A DNA stretch of 64,000 nt from Candidatus Omnitrophota bacterium (lineage in GTDB: Bacteria > Omnitrophota > Gorgyraeia > Zapsychrales > Fredricksoniimonadaceae), in contig JBGAJA010000001.1 in assembly GCA_044225175.1 (NCBI GenBank), forward strand, positions 134,994-198,993, in the 5' to 3' direction. Below are positions 39,401-48,213 of the stretch, piece after piece (the first letter of the stretch is position 1; every line of letters begins with the position of its first letter). The notes under the pieces were generated by a model. It saw only the letters and a program-made list of their open reading frames with translations, did no database searches and was not told the origin of the DNA. A program made the translations under genes and the position numbers.

Positions 39401-40554
39401 ATATAGATACTTCAGAATTTCTGTTGGCATTAAATGTCGTCAAGGATGTCGTAAAAACTCTACAAGATTTAAGGGGAGTTGCAAAGATTGTTGTCGAATT
39501 GGAAAACTCTTTACCTTATTATACAAATTCTGCCTATATCCTTTTAACAGCATTAAAGCATATAATTAAAACAAAAGATGATTTAGTTGCGGTGCATAAA
39601 GCTCTCTTAAGAATTAAGAAAAAACATGAAGAAGAATTTGAGAATTTATGTCGGTATGGGTTTCCGAGTATAGGTAGTTCAATTCAAAAAGTTGAGGATT
39701 TAGAGACAGCTGCCGACCAACTTGTTTTACTTTTAGATTCGGCAAAAATGGGAAGTAAAGAGACTGTAGAACATTTAGTGAGTATTATGGAATCTAGTCA
39801 GAAAATAGAGGGAGATCAACAGCACGGTTCAGCATTCATTGTTGCAGGGTTATGGCAAATTTTTTTAGCAGATGCAAAATTTTTTCAAGAAAAATCTACG
39901 GATGAAAGAACTATCTGGGTTAGAGAAGTATTAAGAAAGTTTGGAAAATATACCGTTAAGCAATTGATGGAAGCTAAAATAGAAAAATCCTCTTCCGGTG
40001 ATAAACTTTACGTAAATGAGTATCTAAGTATGATGATGATAGATGAAATTAAGCCTTTATTTGATAGATTGACTGCTGTTCCTCTTGAGGAAGCTCAGTT
40101 AATGTTAAATGAAGCTTTACCTGATGATGAGCAATACGGTAAGTTTTTGTTGGCAATGGTTCCTTATGTTTTATTCTTCAAAGATAGAAAAATGAGAGAT
40201 ATTTTGATTTCTAAAAGGACCAGAAAAGTTATTGCTAGTTTGGGAGAAAAAGAGGCGGAGGTCAGTTATCTACCAAAGCTTTTGGTAGGGGGAGAAATGC
40301 CCGAGATAGATCTGGCGATGCTCAATATACCGATTCAAGTTAAAAGTACATCCGATAAAAATTTTACCAAAGGTGGTATTGACTTAACCCCCGTCAATAT
40401 GAATTTACAAACCAAAAATAGCGGGAACGAATTCAAATTTCATATTGACCCTGCTATGCTGAAACAACTCCAAAATGCCCCAGGTTTTTATCCTGTCATT
40501 ATTAATATTCAGCCAATGACGGATTTACAAATGTTCCTTGGCTTAAAAAATTAG
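36484..40554 (+). CDS. 1356 aa secreted protein with HExxH motif (candidate zinc-metallopeptidase-like effector/toxin), cargo of the tRNA islet
   Basis: Signal peptide (…NIPLAQA-QE). Single HEIVH motif near residue 700 with Glu/His candidates downstream. No other family recognised. Confidence 0.55.
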   Translation: MRYPISSKYWQKAISLFVIVTFILTGFNIPLAQAQEFHLPKPGVMVHLSPEFNPPILKGIKVHADNPFRFEFILDKGDSNKNNDQLKEESSKLIKYFLASLTIPEKDLWVNLSPYEKDRIIPNSFGLTEMGRDLLAQDYMLKQITASLIYPEDEIGKKFWKRIYEESSKKYGTTNIPVNTFNKVWIVPEKAVVYENAKAGTAYVVESRLKVMLEQDYLSLQKHEGETQSQVKETNQLGSQVIREIVIPELTKEVNENKNFTQLRQVYNSLILATWYKKKIKDSILSQVYADKNKVMGVNIDNHKEKEKIYQQYLQAFKKGVYSYIKEEQDHLTGQPIPRKYFSGGATFFGLADKAMVIMPVGGNVVIDNAPNSMLTVSTALNVIGAAEESRPFKTQIPQNPEMDGMFERGRSLIQESLNQELVYLRLFRGNKVLAMNDIEIPSALKGMIGETGKVVQIYDSDLLASMRREAPDVMEEETAKSFLVTFNQNGDVFKIYLIAPHNMAYALDELETENQLAKQIKVMVVKILSTQAQANKIQTSLDQVKNQDLHTRYGNILIPFGVELNLVQSILKHPIARNLLSGLQGRVSLLSAGQVIYVSGSQVGYDDYEESLFQESQIDEELIAHLTQMVVMDQKEKPFDYRSPKEKRNHWLRGLADSNKLITGALQGQRINGVFYNPKLYDQGEQGVLGTIVHEIVHLYLKEALAQVRPILLRIKARHGDFIESLSNPNGLFFNLQLSDEDQKDLREVGILPRVVGDEAMVAASEFYSRTLQPTIGTTWSELDESIQKMIGRHVDDPDLIEMVKASNNEAKNSLAWIVRVVTQEVLFKAIYESMAGDFDREQFEKQLFKIGKLHGEHAATFFAILNVISPSKRPKIEDISKIMIEESNHNLATGRHYYVALKTLTFLVTKDNFKEVWEQIGELLDSVFEEGTDYFLNVTLPSFKGLIKTLADLKKFYTIFRKAIDEDELEDIDTSEFLLALNVVKDVVKTLQDLRGVAKIVVELENSLPYYTNSAYILLTALKHIIKTKDDLVAVHKALLRIKKKHEEEFENLCRYGFPSIGSSIQKVEDLETAADQLVLLLDSAKMGSKETVEHLVSIMESSQKIEGDQQHGSAFIVAGLWQIFLADAKFFQEKSTDERTIWVREVLRKFGKYTVKQLMEAKIEKSSSGDKLYVNEYLSMMMIDEIKPLFDRLTAVPLEEAQLMLNEALPDDEQYGKFLLAMVPYVLFFKDRKMRDILISKRTRKVIASLGEKEAEVSYLPKLLVGGEMPEIDLAMLNIPIQVKSTSDKNFTKGGIDLTPVNMNLQTKNSGNEFKFHIDPAMLKQLQNAPGFYPVIINIQPMTDLQMFLGLKN

Positions 40555-40609
40555 GAAAATGCTCTAGTAAGAATTTAAATTAAGCTTTTTGCTTTAAATC
40601 CTTTGTAAT

Positions 40610-42000
40610 ACCAAAATAGAATTGTCCGGATTGACCAAAATAAGAATGTCCGCTTTTAGAATGTTCATAATGCAATCAAGGAGGCATTATGGACAACGGG
40701 AAGGACATTTTTATGATGAGTCGCAAGGAGATCAAAAGATATCGTGATTCGAAAAGTCATTGATAAGCAGATCAAGCAAAAGGAAGCGGCAGAATATTTA
40801 AAATTGGATAGCAGGCAAGTGCGGCGAATCATAAGACGCATTGAGCGTGAAGGAGAAGCTGGGGTCATTCATAAGCTTAGAGGTAAAGAAGGCAACCGTA
40901 AGATAGGATTAAGCTTTAGGAAGAAGGTTTTAGATTTATACAGGAAGAGTTATTGGGATTTTGGACCTGTGTTAGCGTCGGAGAAGTTGTTGGAGCGGGA
41001 TGGAATTACGGTCTGTGATGAGACGTTGCGATTATGGTTGATTAAAGAAGGTCTTTGGCAATTAAGCAAGAGAGCAAAGCCTAAAGATAGGACAAGGCGA
41101 GAACGCCGTGAACATTTTGGGCAGATGGTGCAGATGGATGGCAGTCATCATGATTGGTTGGAAGGCCGAGGGCCTAAATTGGTATTAATGGGATATATTG
41201 ATGATGCTAATAGTCGATTTCATGGTGAATTTCATGATTATGAAGGTACGATGCCTGCGATGGCAGGATTGAAGGGCTATATTCAGCGTTATGGGCTGCC
41301 GGCAAGCATTTATTTAGATAAACACTCGACGTACAAAAACAATCGTAAGAATACTTTTATAGATTGGCCATTTAGAGATGAAGAAGAATTGACTCAGTTT
41401 GGCAGAGCCTGTCACGAGCTTGGTATAGAGCTTATATTTGCCCATAGTCCGCAGGCTAAGGGACGTGTTGAGCGGGTCTTTGAGACTCTACAAGATAGAT
41501 TAGTTAAAGAATTACGTTTAGAACAGATCAATAGCCTTGAAGATGCCAACCGACTACTTAAAACGTATTTACCTGTTTTTAATAAGAAGTTTGAGGTATT
41601 GGCCCGTGGCAGTGGGGATTTTCACAGGTCGGTTCCTAAAAAGACTAACCTCGAGGATATATTATCTGTGCAGACAGGACATGTGTTACGTAATGACCGA
41701 ACATTGGTGCACAATAATCAATGGTATCAGGTGTTAGACAAAACCAGGGCTCAGCGGGTTGTGGTGCATGAATATCTTGATGGACAGATAGGTATCTTGC
41801 ATGGTAAAAACAGGCTTAATTTTAAGCCAATAGATAGACCAGCAGCCAAAGTATATCAACCAGTTAAGCGTAGATTTCCTAAATTTAGAAGCAGAAGACC
41901 AGTGGCCTTGACCAATGGTTTTCGCTTATTTAAGTTGCCAGGCAGTTATACAAAAAGCGGACATTTCTAATTTGGTAGAAAGCGGACATTTCTATTTTGG
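40610..42000 (+). mobile_element. Insertion sequence (about 1.39 kb) with about 48 bp imperfect terminal inverted repeats, each containing two copies of CCAAAATAGAA(A/T)TGTCCG
   Basis: Left end CCAAAATAGAATTGTCCG...CCAAAATAAGAATGTCCGCTTTT matches the reverse complement of the right end. Single DDE transposase gene inside. Ends plus or minus 2 nt. Confidence 0.6.
40744..41970 (+). CDS. DDE transposase (rve integrase-core, IS481/ISNCY-like); N-terminus apparently frameshifted
   Basis: HTH N-terminus then DDE core (VQMDGSHHDW, GYIDDANSR). Upstream ATG-ATG encodes MMSRKEIKRY, the typical family N-terminus, in another frame ending after 16 codons. Track ORF restarts at GTG. Confidence 0.7.
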   Translation: MIRKVIDKQIKQKEAAEYLKLDSRQVRRIIRRIEREGEAGVIHKLRGKEGNRKIGLSFRKKVLDLYRKSYWDFGPVLASEKLLERDGITVCDETLRLWLIKEGLWQLSKRAKPKDRTRRERREHFGQMVQMDGSHHDWLEGRGPKLVLMGYIDDANSRFHGEFHDYEGTMPAMAGLKGYIQRYGLPASIYLDKHSTYKNNRKNTFIDWPFRDEEELTQFGRACHELGIELIFAHSPQAKGRVERVFETLQDRLVKELRLEQINSLEDANRLLKTYLPVFNKKFEVLARGSGDFHRSVPKKTNLEDILSVQTGHVLRNDRTLVHNNQWYQVLDKTRAQRVVVHEYLDGQIGILHGKNRLNFKPIDRPAAKVYQPVKRRFPKFRSRRPVALTNGFRLFKLPGSYTKSGHF

Positions 42001-42007
42001 CGGGACA

Positions 42008-42184
42008 ATCTATGAAATCCTTCTTTACAGTCCATAATAATTCTGGTATAAAATCCTCTCTTTACCGTTCTTTTCAAGTTATAATTTTTGCTTCAGCCAA
42101 AGGCTGATCCGCCTTTGGCGGAGGCTTTACAGTTAAATAAATTTACGCTGGCTTAGCTCAGTTGGTAGAGCAGCTGATTTGTAA
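42008..42184 (+). repeat. 177 bp direct repeat, copy 2 (includes the 5-prime 38 nt of the intact tRNA-Thr); attR-like
   Basis: See copy 1. Begins 7 nt after the IS right end. Confidence 0.8.
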
Positions 42185-42219
42185 TCAGCAGGTCGGGGGT
42201 TCGAAGCCTCTAGCCAGCT
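42147..42219 (+). tRNA. tRNA-Thr (anticodon UGU)
   Basis: Cloverleaf: 7 bp acceptor GCTGGCT/AGCCAGC, D-arm GCTC-AGTTGGTA-GAGC, anticodon stem GCTGA/TCAGC with loop TTTGTAA, T-arm GGGGG-TTCGAAG-CCTCT. No encoded CCA. Confidence 0.85.
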
Positions 42220-42289
42220 TTATTTTTGAGATTTGAAATTAGAGATTGGATTATCCAATTTCGAATTTCTAATATCAAATTTCTATAAT

Positions 42290-42370
42290 GGGCAGTTACC
42301 CAAGTGGTCAACGGGGGCAGATTGTAAATCTGCTGCACACGCTTCGGAGGTTCGAATCCTTCACTGCCCA
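42290..42370 (+). tRNA. tRNA-Tyr (anticodon GUA), class II with long variable arm
   Basis: Acceptor GGGCAGT/ACTGCCC, anticodon stem-loop GCAGA-TTGTAAA-TCTGC, T-loop TTCGAAT. Closely resembles E. coli tRNA-Tyr. Confidence 0.85.
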
Positions 42371-42438
42371 TTCTACTTCGCCCTTAAATTTTCATGTAAG
42401 GGCTTCGTAGAATGAGTTCTTTATAGTTAGCGAGTTAT

Positions 42439-42512
42439 GCGGGAGTAGTTCAGTGGTAGAACTCTAGCCTTCCAAGCTAGTAGCGAGGGTTCGATTCTCT
42501 CCTCCCGCTCCA
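42439..42512 (+). tRNA. tRNA-Gly (anticodon UCC), CCA encoded
   Basis: Acceptor GCGGGAG/CTCCCGC, anticodon stem-loop CTAGC-CTTCCAA-GCTAG, T-loop TTCGATT, 3-prime TCCA. Confidence 0.85.
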
Positions 42513-42655
42513 TTCTACTTTGTCCTTAAATTTTCATGTAAGGGCTTCGTAGGAATGGTTCCTGCGAAGCTCAATTTGTAAACATTGAGCGAAGCAGAAC
42601 AAATTATTAATAAATACCTATCACAAGAATCTAATCTCAATATAATATCCCAAAT

Positions 42656-43360
42656 ATGAAAGTTACCCTTTTAATCCCTACCCTTAACGAATCTGTTGGT
42701 ATGCGAACTGTCATGCCTAAGGTCAAAAAAGAGTGGGTGGATCAAATCTTAGTGGTCGATGGTAAATCCAAAGACGGCACTGCTGACATTGCCCGCGAAA
42801 TGGGTTATGACGTGGTTATCCAAGAAACCCCTGGGATTCGAGGGGCTTATATGGATGCGCTTCCTTTTGTCAAGGGAGACGTCATTTTGACATTCAGTCC
42901 TGATGGAAATTCTATCCCTGAACTTATTCCTGTATGCATTGCTAAAATGAAAGAAGGCTATGACATGGTCATAGTCTCCCGATATGCTCAAGGTGCTAAG
43001 AGCTATGATGATGATGCGGTCACAAGCTTTGGTAATTGGCTTTTTACCGGTACTGTGAATAATTTACATGGTGCAAAGTATACAGATGCTATGGTTATCT
43101 ATCGTGCCTACTATAAGAAACTAATTTATGATTTAGATTTGGATAAAGATTCAAGCTATGAATTTGAAGAAAAGCTTTTTAAAACTAAGATTAGTTGGGA
43201 ACCATTGCTTTCTGTCAGAGCTGCAAAACGAAAATTAAAGATTGCCGAAATTCCAGGTGATGAACCTGCCCGAGAAGGAGGAGAGCGTAAATTACAAGTT
43301 CTCAAGTGGGGGGCAGCTTACATGTTTGAATTCTGGCGTGAAATTTTTATCTGGCGATAA
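42656..43360 (+). CDS. GT2-family polyprenyl-phosphate sugar synthase (dolichyl-phosphate mannose synthase/GtrB-like)
   Basis: N-terminal GT-A fold: LIPTLNE, VVDGKSKDGT, DxD-like region. 234 aa. Confidence 0.75.
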   Translation: MKVTLLIPTLNESVGMRTVMPKVKKEWVDQILVVDGKSKDGTADIAREMGYDVVIQETPGIRGAYMDALPFVKGDVILTFSPDGNSIPELIPVCIAKMKEGYDMVIVSRYAQGAKSYDDDAVTSFGNWLFTGTVNNLHGAKYTDAMVIYRAYYKKLIYDLDLDKDSSYEFEEKLFKTKISWEPLLSVRAAKRKLKIAEIPGDEPAREGGERKLQVLKWGAAYMFEFWREIFIWR

Positions 43361-43362
43361 AT

Positions 43363-45087
43363 ATGGTCGAATCTTTCCAGGAACGCTTCAGAAAACTCTT
43401 CCTCAATGATTTTTTTCTCGCTTTACTTTTTCTTATTGGTTACTTGTGTACGAACAGCTATGTGTATGGCTGGGATGATCAGCATTTAGAAATACCCTTA
43501 CTGAAACATCTGATTGATCCTTCGTTATATAAAGGGGACTATTATGTTGAAGGTCTAACCAAGCATTTTTCTTCTTATCTTTTTCCAGTTTTATCAAAAT
43601 TTATTTCTGTTGCTCAAATTCCTACTGCATATTTGATATTATTCTTGATTGCTCGCTATTGCATGTTTTTGTGGGTCTTTAAACTGTGGAATTTTATTTC
43701 CAAAGACAGATTTTCGGCCATTTGTGCGACGGTCATGTTTTTTGTTTTAGGCCGCACCGAAGAATTTCTTTATCGAACTTTTTCCCACCAAGAATTAGCA
43801 GAAGGCATCATGTTTGCAGGAATTTATTTCTTCTTTAAAGAGAGATATATTCTTGCGGCTTTTATTTTCGGTTTTGCAGCGAATATTCATGCCATTTATA
43901 ATTTATTTCCAATGTGTTTTATGATGGTCTTTTTGGTTTTATTTCATCCCGACCGCTGGCGTGTTGCTTTCAAAGCTGGTTTAACGTTCACAATCACTTG
44001 CTTACCTTTCTTAATGTGGCAAATCCCAGGATCGTTGCATGACAAGATTATGAATGTTCCGGTCCCTTTGAGTGAGTGGATGCCTTTGTACCTAAAGTCT
44101 AATCCTCAGAATTTTCTATTTACAGATAAGCCAATTGGAGAGGCTCTCAGTAATCCTTTGTTCATTTTTCAACAATTAGAGCCGTATTTATTTCTCATAG
44201 TGGTTTATATATTTCTTTTGTTTTTATATCCTGCCTTTAGAAGTGATCGAAAAGTCCACACAAGTATATGGACGGCATATGCGTTTATCATTATTTCTTG
44301 TATTTTTACCTATGTCATTCCCAGCCGTTTTGCTATAGATCTTAATCTTTTACGTAATGAGCAGTATGTTCGGTTCTTTTTAATGGGTTACACTACGCTG
44401 TGGGCGGTCAAATCTGTGAAAGAAGGCTCTGTATGGAAGGCCCTATTAGCTGCCGTTATGTTCGTGTTCATTGGTTTTGGAAATGTTTTTTACTTCTGGC
44501 CTAAAATTCAGAAATATCATGTCAGTTTAATATTAATGCTCCTTGTATGGGTCTTAATTTATTTAAAAAAATGGCCACAATGGGACTCTTATTTAAGAAA
44601 ACTACTGATTATTATTCCATTAACAGGTGCTTTTATAGGATTTTGTCAGCTTCACTATGACTATTTACAGGCCAAAAATCATGGTTTAGGATTCTGGCAG
44701 TTTCAAAGAAATTGGGTAGATATGCAGCTTTATGTTAAGGATCATACTCCCAAAGATGCTCTGATCTTGACGCCTATCAATACAGATATGGGGGGGTTTC
44801 GGGTTCGTAGTGAAAGAAAGATAGTTGTTTGTATTCGAGATTGTGGGATTATAGGATTTGACTATAAAGCTTCTGAAGAATGGCAGAGGCGTATGGAAGA
44901 TTTAAAAGACTATATGTGGATGACGCAAAAGCCTGTTGATCAAGCTATTTTTACAGCTATTTTTAAATATAAAGTAGATTATATTGTTTTTATGAATTAT
45001 TATGAACCCAAAAAGGACAACCCTGTCTTAACCAAAATGTATCAAAACGAAGTCCTTTCTTTATATAAGGTGAATATTCCGCGATGA
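43363..45087 (+). CDS. polytopic membrane protein, putative GT-C-type glycosyltransferase
   Basis: 574 aa, at least 10 TM helices, acidic GWDDQH motif in the first extracytoplasmic loop as in GT-C enzymes. Follows a polyprenyl-P-sugar synthase. Confidence 0.4.
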   Translation: MVESFQERFRKLFLNDFFLALLFLIGYLCTNSYVYGWDDQHLEIPLLKHLIDPSLYKGDYYVEGLTKHFSSYLFPVLSKFISVAQIPTAYLILFLIARYCMFLWVFKLWNFISKDRFSAICATVMFFVLGRTEEFLYRTFSHQELAEGIMFAGIYFFFKERYILAAFIFGFAANIHAIYNLFPMCFMMVFLVLFHPDRWRVAFKAGLTFTITCLPFLMWQIPGSLHDKIMNVPVPLSEWMPLYLKSNPQNFLFTDKPIGEALSNPLFIFQQLEPYLFLIVVYIFLLFLYPAFRSDRKVHTSIWTAYAFIIISCIFTYVIPSRFAIDLNLLRNEQYVRFFLMGYTTLWAVKSVKEGSVWKALLAAVMFVFIGFGNVFYFWPKIQKYHVSLILMLLVWVLIYLKKWPQWDSYLRKLLIIIPLTGAFIGFCQLHYDYLQAKNHGLGFWQFQRNWVDMQLYVKDHTPKDALILTPINTDMGGFRVRSERKIVVCIRDCGIIGFDYKASEEWQRRMEDLKDYMWMTQKPVDQAIFTAIFKYKVDYIVFMNYYEPKKDNPVLTKMYQNEVLSLYKVNIPR

Positions 45088-46088
45088 AAACAATCAGAAA
45101 AATAACTATTATTGGAGATGGTGGCTGGGGAACAACATTAGCTATTCATTTGGCAAAGAAGAAATATCCTGTTGTTCTTTGGGGAGCATTTCCAGAATAT
45201 GTTGCTACAGTTAAAAAAACCAGGATAAATCAGAAATTCTTACCAGGGTATAAAATTCCTCCTAATGTGAAATTAACCTCCGATCTTAATGAAGCCATTG
45301 CTTTTGGAGATTTAATAGTTCTAGCCAGTCCTTCTGAATATTTAAGCCAAGTTGTCCGTCAAATTAAAAACACTATGTATCGAGGTAAGGTTTTCTTAAG
45401 TGTTGTTAAAGGAATTCACCCTCAATCATTCTTACGGATGTCTCAGATTATCCAAGAAGCATTAGGCAATATTCATTTGGCTGTATTATCAGGACCAACC
45501 ATTGCTTCAGAAGTGGCGGCTGGTGTTGCGACGACAGCGGTTGTTTCTTGCAAGAAGAAAGACTTGGCCCAACAAATTCAAAAAATCTTTCATTCGCCAA
45601 CCTTTCGAATTTATACCAATAATGATGTCATTGGAACAGAAGTGGGAGCTAGTATTAAGAATGTCATTGCTATTGCTTGTGGGATCTGTGACGGCTTGAA
45701 GCTTGGCACCAATGCAAAAGCAGCTTTGTTAACGCGGGGATTAGTGGAAGTTACTCGTTTAGGAGTTGCTTTAGGGGGAAAGAAAGAAACTTTCTATGGC
45801 TTGACCTGTTTAGGAGATTTGGTGACAACATGTATGAGTGCTCAAAGCCGTAATAGAACAGTAGGTGAGGCTTTAGGAAAAGGGCAAGATATAAAGAAGA
45901 TTCTGGGTTCTATGTCTATGGTTGCAGAGGGCGTTATTACTTCTAAAGCAGTTTATTTTTTAAGTCGTAAGAAGAAGATCCCAATGCCAATTACGGAACA
46001 AGTTTATAAAATTATTTTTCAACGTAAAAATGCTTCAAAAGCAATGCAAGAGCTGATGACCCGCCAGTTAAAATCTGAAAATGATTAA
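45084..46088 (+). CDS. gpsA: NAD(P)H-dependent glycerol-3-phosphate dehydrogenase
   Basis: ITIIGDGGWGTTLA Rossmann motif, NVIAIACGICDGL, C-terminal GpsA-like region. Confidence 0.8.
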   Translation: MKTIRKITIIGDGGWGTTLAIHLAKKKYPVVLWGAFPEYVATVKKTRINQKFLPGYKIPPNVKLTSDLNEAIAFGDLIVLASPSEYLSQVVRQIKNTMYRGKVFLSVVKGIHPQSFLRMSQIIQEALGNIHLAVLSGPTIASEVAAGVATTAVVSCKKKDLAQQIQKIFHSPTFRIYTNNDVIGTEVGASIKNVIAIACGICDGLKLGTNAKAALLTRGLVEVTRLGVALGGKKETFYGLTCLGDLVTTCMSAQSRNRTVGEALGKGQDIKKILGSMSMVAEGVITSKAVYFLSRKKKIPMPITEQVYKIIFQRKNASKAMQELMTRQLKSEND

Positions 46089-48213
46089 ACAAAAATTTTT
46101 ACGACTTAATTCTTCCTTTTTTTGGATGATTTTGAGTTTTGCTATTTGGATCTTTGCTTTTAGAGGATTTTTGGCCTCCAAGCTTGCCATTGTAGATGAT
46201 GCTGTCCCCTATCAAGATCACACGAGATTTTTTATAGAAAATATTGCAAAAGGTGTTTTGCCTCTTTGGGATCCATTTTGGTTTCAGGGTGTGTCCAATG
46301 ATTTCTTTTTACGACGATTAGGTATCATAAACCCGCTTTATTACGGCATTCTTTTCTTTGAAGCATTTGGAATTCCTTATAAATTAGCTTACATATGGAC
46401 GATGGCAGGTAATTATCTTGGTGGGACGGTGGCTTTTTATTTATTGGCCATGCGGGTTTTTAACCATCGTTTAATTGCCTATGGTGGCTTTCTCATTCTT
46501 TTATTTTCTGCTTTGGGAACAAGGCTATTTGATTCTTATATGATGCTGGTTGCTGTACCTTTTATTTGGTTTTTTTACTTTCTTGTCGCATTCACTCAGA
46601 CTCCCAGAATAAATTTCTTTCTTGGTATTTGCTTATCTTTCATGATATTAGCGAGCACCTATATTCCTTTTTATTTTATTTTTTTCTTTGGAATTTTTCT
46701 GGTCATTTTCACTCTTTTCTATTTTAAATCTATTCCAGAAATATTATCTAAATACGCTCAATTCTTTAGGTCGAACAAGTTGTTAGTTGTTATCTCCGGG
46801 CTTATTGTTCTATTTTCTTTTGTTCCGCTCTTAGAGTTTTATCATTACTCGTCTAAAGGACAAATTGTTCTACCAGGACGACATGGTACTTCTGAGGCTA
46901 GCGAGATCTTAACAGTTCCTTCTTGGACGTATAAATGGGGGGCAATGGAGGACATCTATTACTCTTCTTATTTTACTGATTTAAGATCATATAAATTTGC
47001 AATTATCTACATACCATTTTTTGTCTGCATTCTCTTAGGATTGGGGCTGTTTTGTCGAAACACGGTAAGAACAGCCTTTATATTTACACTGGGAATAGTT
47101 TCATTGCTTTCTATTTTGCCTTTTGGGTTACCATTTTTCCCTTTTTTCTATAAATATATTTTCTTTTTAAAATATTTTCGAAATCTGCATTTTTTCTTGT
47201 GGTTTGTGCTTATTCCATTGTTTATTTTGTTCGCTCTAGAGAATTGGTCCTTATTTGAAAAGCTCAGGGAAGGAAAGGCTATTAAGAAGAAATTTCTTCT
47301 ATTGTATGTATTGGCTGTCCATCTTTTGGCTGTTTTATTTGTGTGGTACAAAGGAACGCCACTGATAACCACTTATTTGATGCTTATTTTAAGTCTTATA
47401 TTCTGGGTTATAGTTGTTTGGAAAGATTTTAAAAATGATTTCTGGAAATTCTTAATATTAACTGCAGTTGTTGTTATACAGCCGCTAGAAGTCTATTCAT
47501 ACCTATCTCTTAGAGCCTTACAGGCACCTAAAGATTATGGGTATAGATTTTCATTTCAGAAATTAGATCTTCAGGAATATCTTGAAATCCCTTCTAAAGA
47601 GAATTTGCCTATTAAGAAATCAGCGATATATTATGCCAATAAAAATTATGATGCTCTTTATGAGAATATTGATATGTATTCTTTTTTGAAATATAACCAA
47701 AGCAAATTCTTGTTAGTAGATCATTTAGTCGTTATAGATCCTAAGAAAGTCAATTTTGTTATTTTAGGTAAACAATTTTTAAATAATGAAAATAGGGCCT
47801 TTGTTTTTGCAGATCCATCTGCAAACATAAAGAAGCAAAGTAATGATCCTTCTGATCGACTGCAGGCAGTACAGATCACTCAAGAGGATGATCGTTTTAA
47901 AATCCTGTCTTTTAATGCTAATACTGTGAAGATTTTCATAGATGTTCCTTATGAGAAATTTCTTATTTATAACGATAGTTACGATTCTCATTGGCAGGCT
48001 TTTGTTAATGGAAAAAAGACCCCTATTTATCAAACGAACGTTGCTTTTAAGGGGATTTGGCTTCCTGCAGGTAAGAGTATTGTTGAATTCAAATATGGTT
48101 TTTGGTGGCAGTATGCCATGAACATCTTCTTAATGGTCTCTTCGGTTGTTATTCTTATGGGGATTATCTGGTCCTCTAGGGATTTAATATTTTGTAAGGT
48201 AAAAGATCAATGA
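46081..48213 (+). CDS. large polytopic membrane protein, putative GT-C/YfhO-like glycosyltransferase
   Basis: 710 aa. DD motif (IVDDAVPYQDH) after TM1, at least 12 TM helices, about 250 aa soluble C-terminal domain. Confidence 0.35.
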   Translation: MIKQKFLRLNSSFFWMILSFAIWIFAFRGFLASKLAIVDDAVPYQDHTRFFIENIAKGVLPLWDPFWFQGVSNDFFLRRLGIINPLYYGILFFEAFGIPYKLAYIWTMAGNYLGGTVAFYLLAMRVFNHRLIAYGGFLILLFSALGTRLFDSYMMLVAVPFIWFFYFLVAFTQTPRINFFLGICLSFMILASTYIPFYFIFFFGIFLVIFTLFYFKSIPEILSKYAQFFRSNKLLVVISGLIVLFSFVPLLEFYHYSSKGQIVLPGRHGTSEASEILTVPSWTYKWGAMEDIYYSSYFTDLRSYKFAIIYIPFFVCILLGLGLFCRNTVRTAFIFTLGIVSLLSILPFGLPFFPFFYKYIFFLKYFRNLHFFLWFVLIPLFILFALENWSLFEKLREGKAIKKKFLLLYVLAVHLLAVLFVWYKGTPLITTYLMLILSLIFWVIVVWKDFKNDFWKFLILTAVVVIQPLEVYSYLSLRALQAPKDYGYRFSFQKLDLQEYLEIPSKENLPIKKSAIYYANKNYDALYENIDMYSFLKYNQSKFLLVDHLVVIDPKKVNFVILGKQFLNNENRAFVFADPSANIKKQSNDPSDRLQAVQITQEDDRFKILSFNANTVKIFIDVPYEKFLIYNDSYDSHWQAFVNGKKTPIYQTNVAFKGIWLPAGKSIVEFKYGFWWQYAMNIFLMVSSVVILMGIIWSSRDLIFCKVKDQ

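Noticed and set aside
36084-42184. Prophage or integrative conjugative element interpretation of the tRNA islet
   Set aside because: No integrase, phage structural, replication or conjugation genes. Only a secreted protein and an IS. Kept as a degraded or satellite islet instead.
42233-42415. 60 aa + strand ORF
   Set aside because: It is the translation of tRNA-Tyr and its flanks. An RNA gene, not coding.
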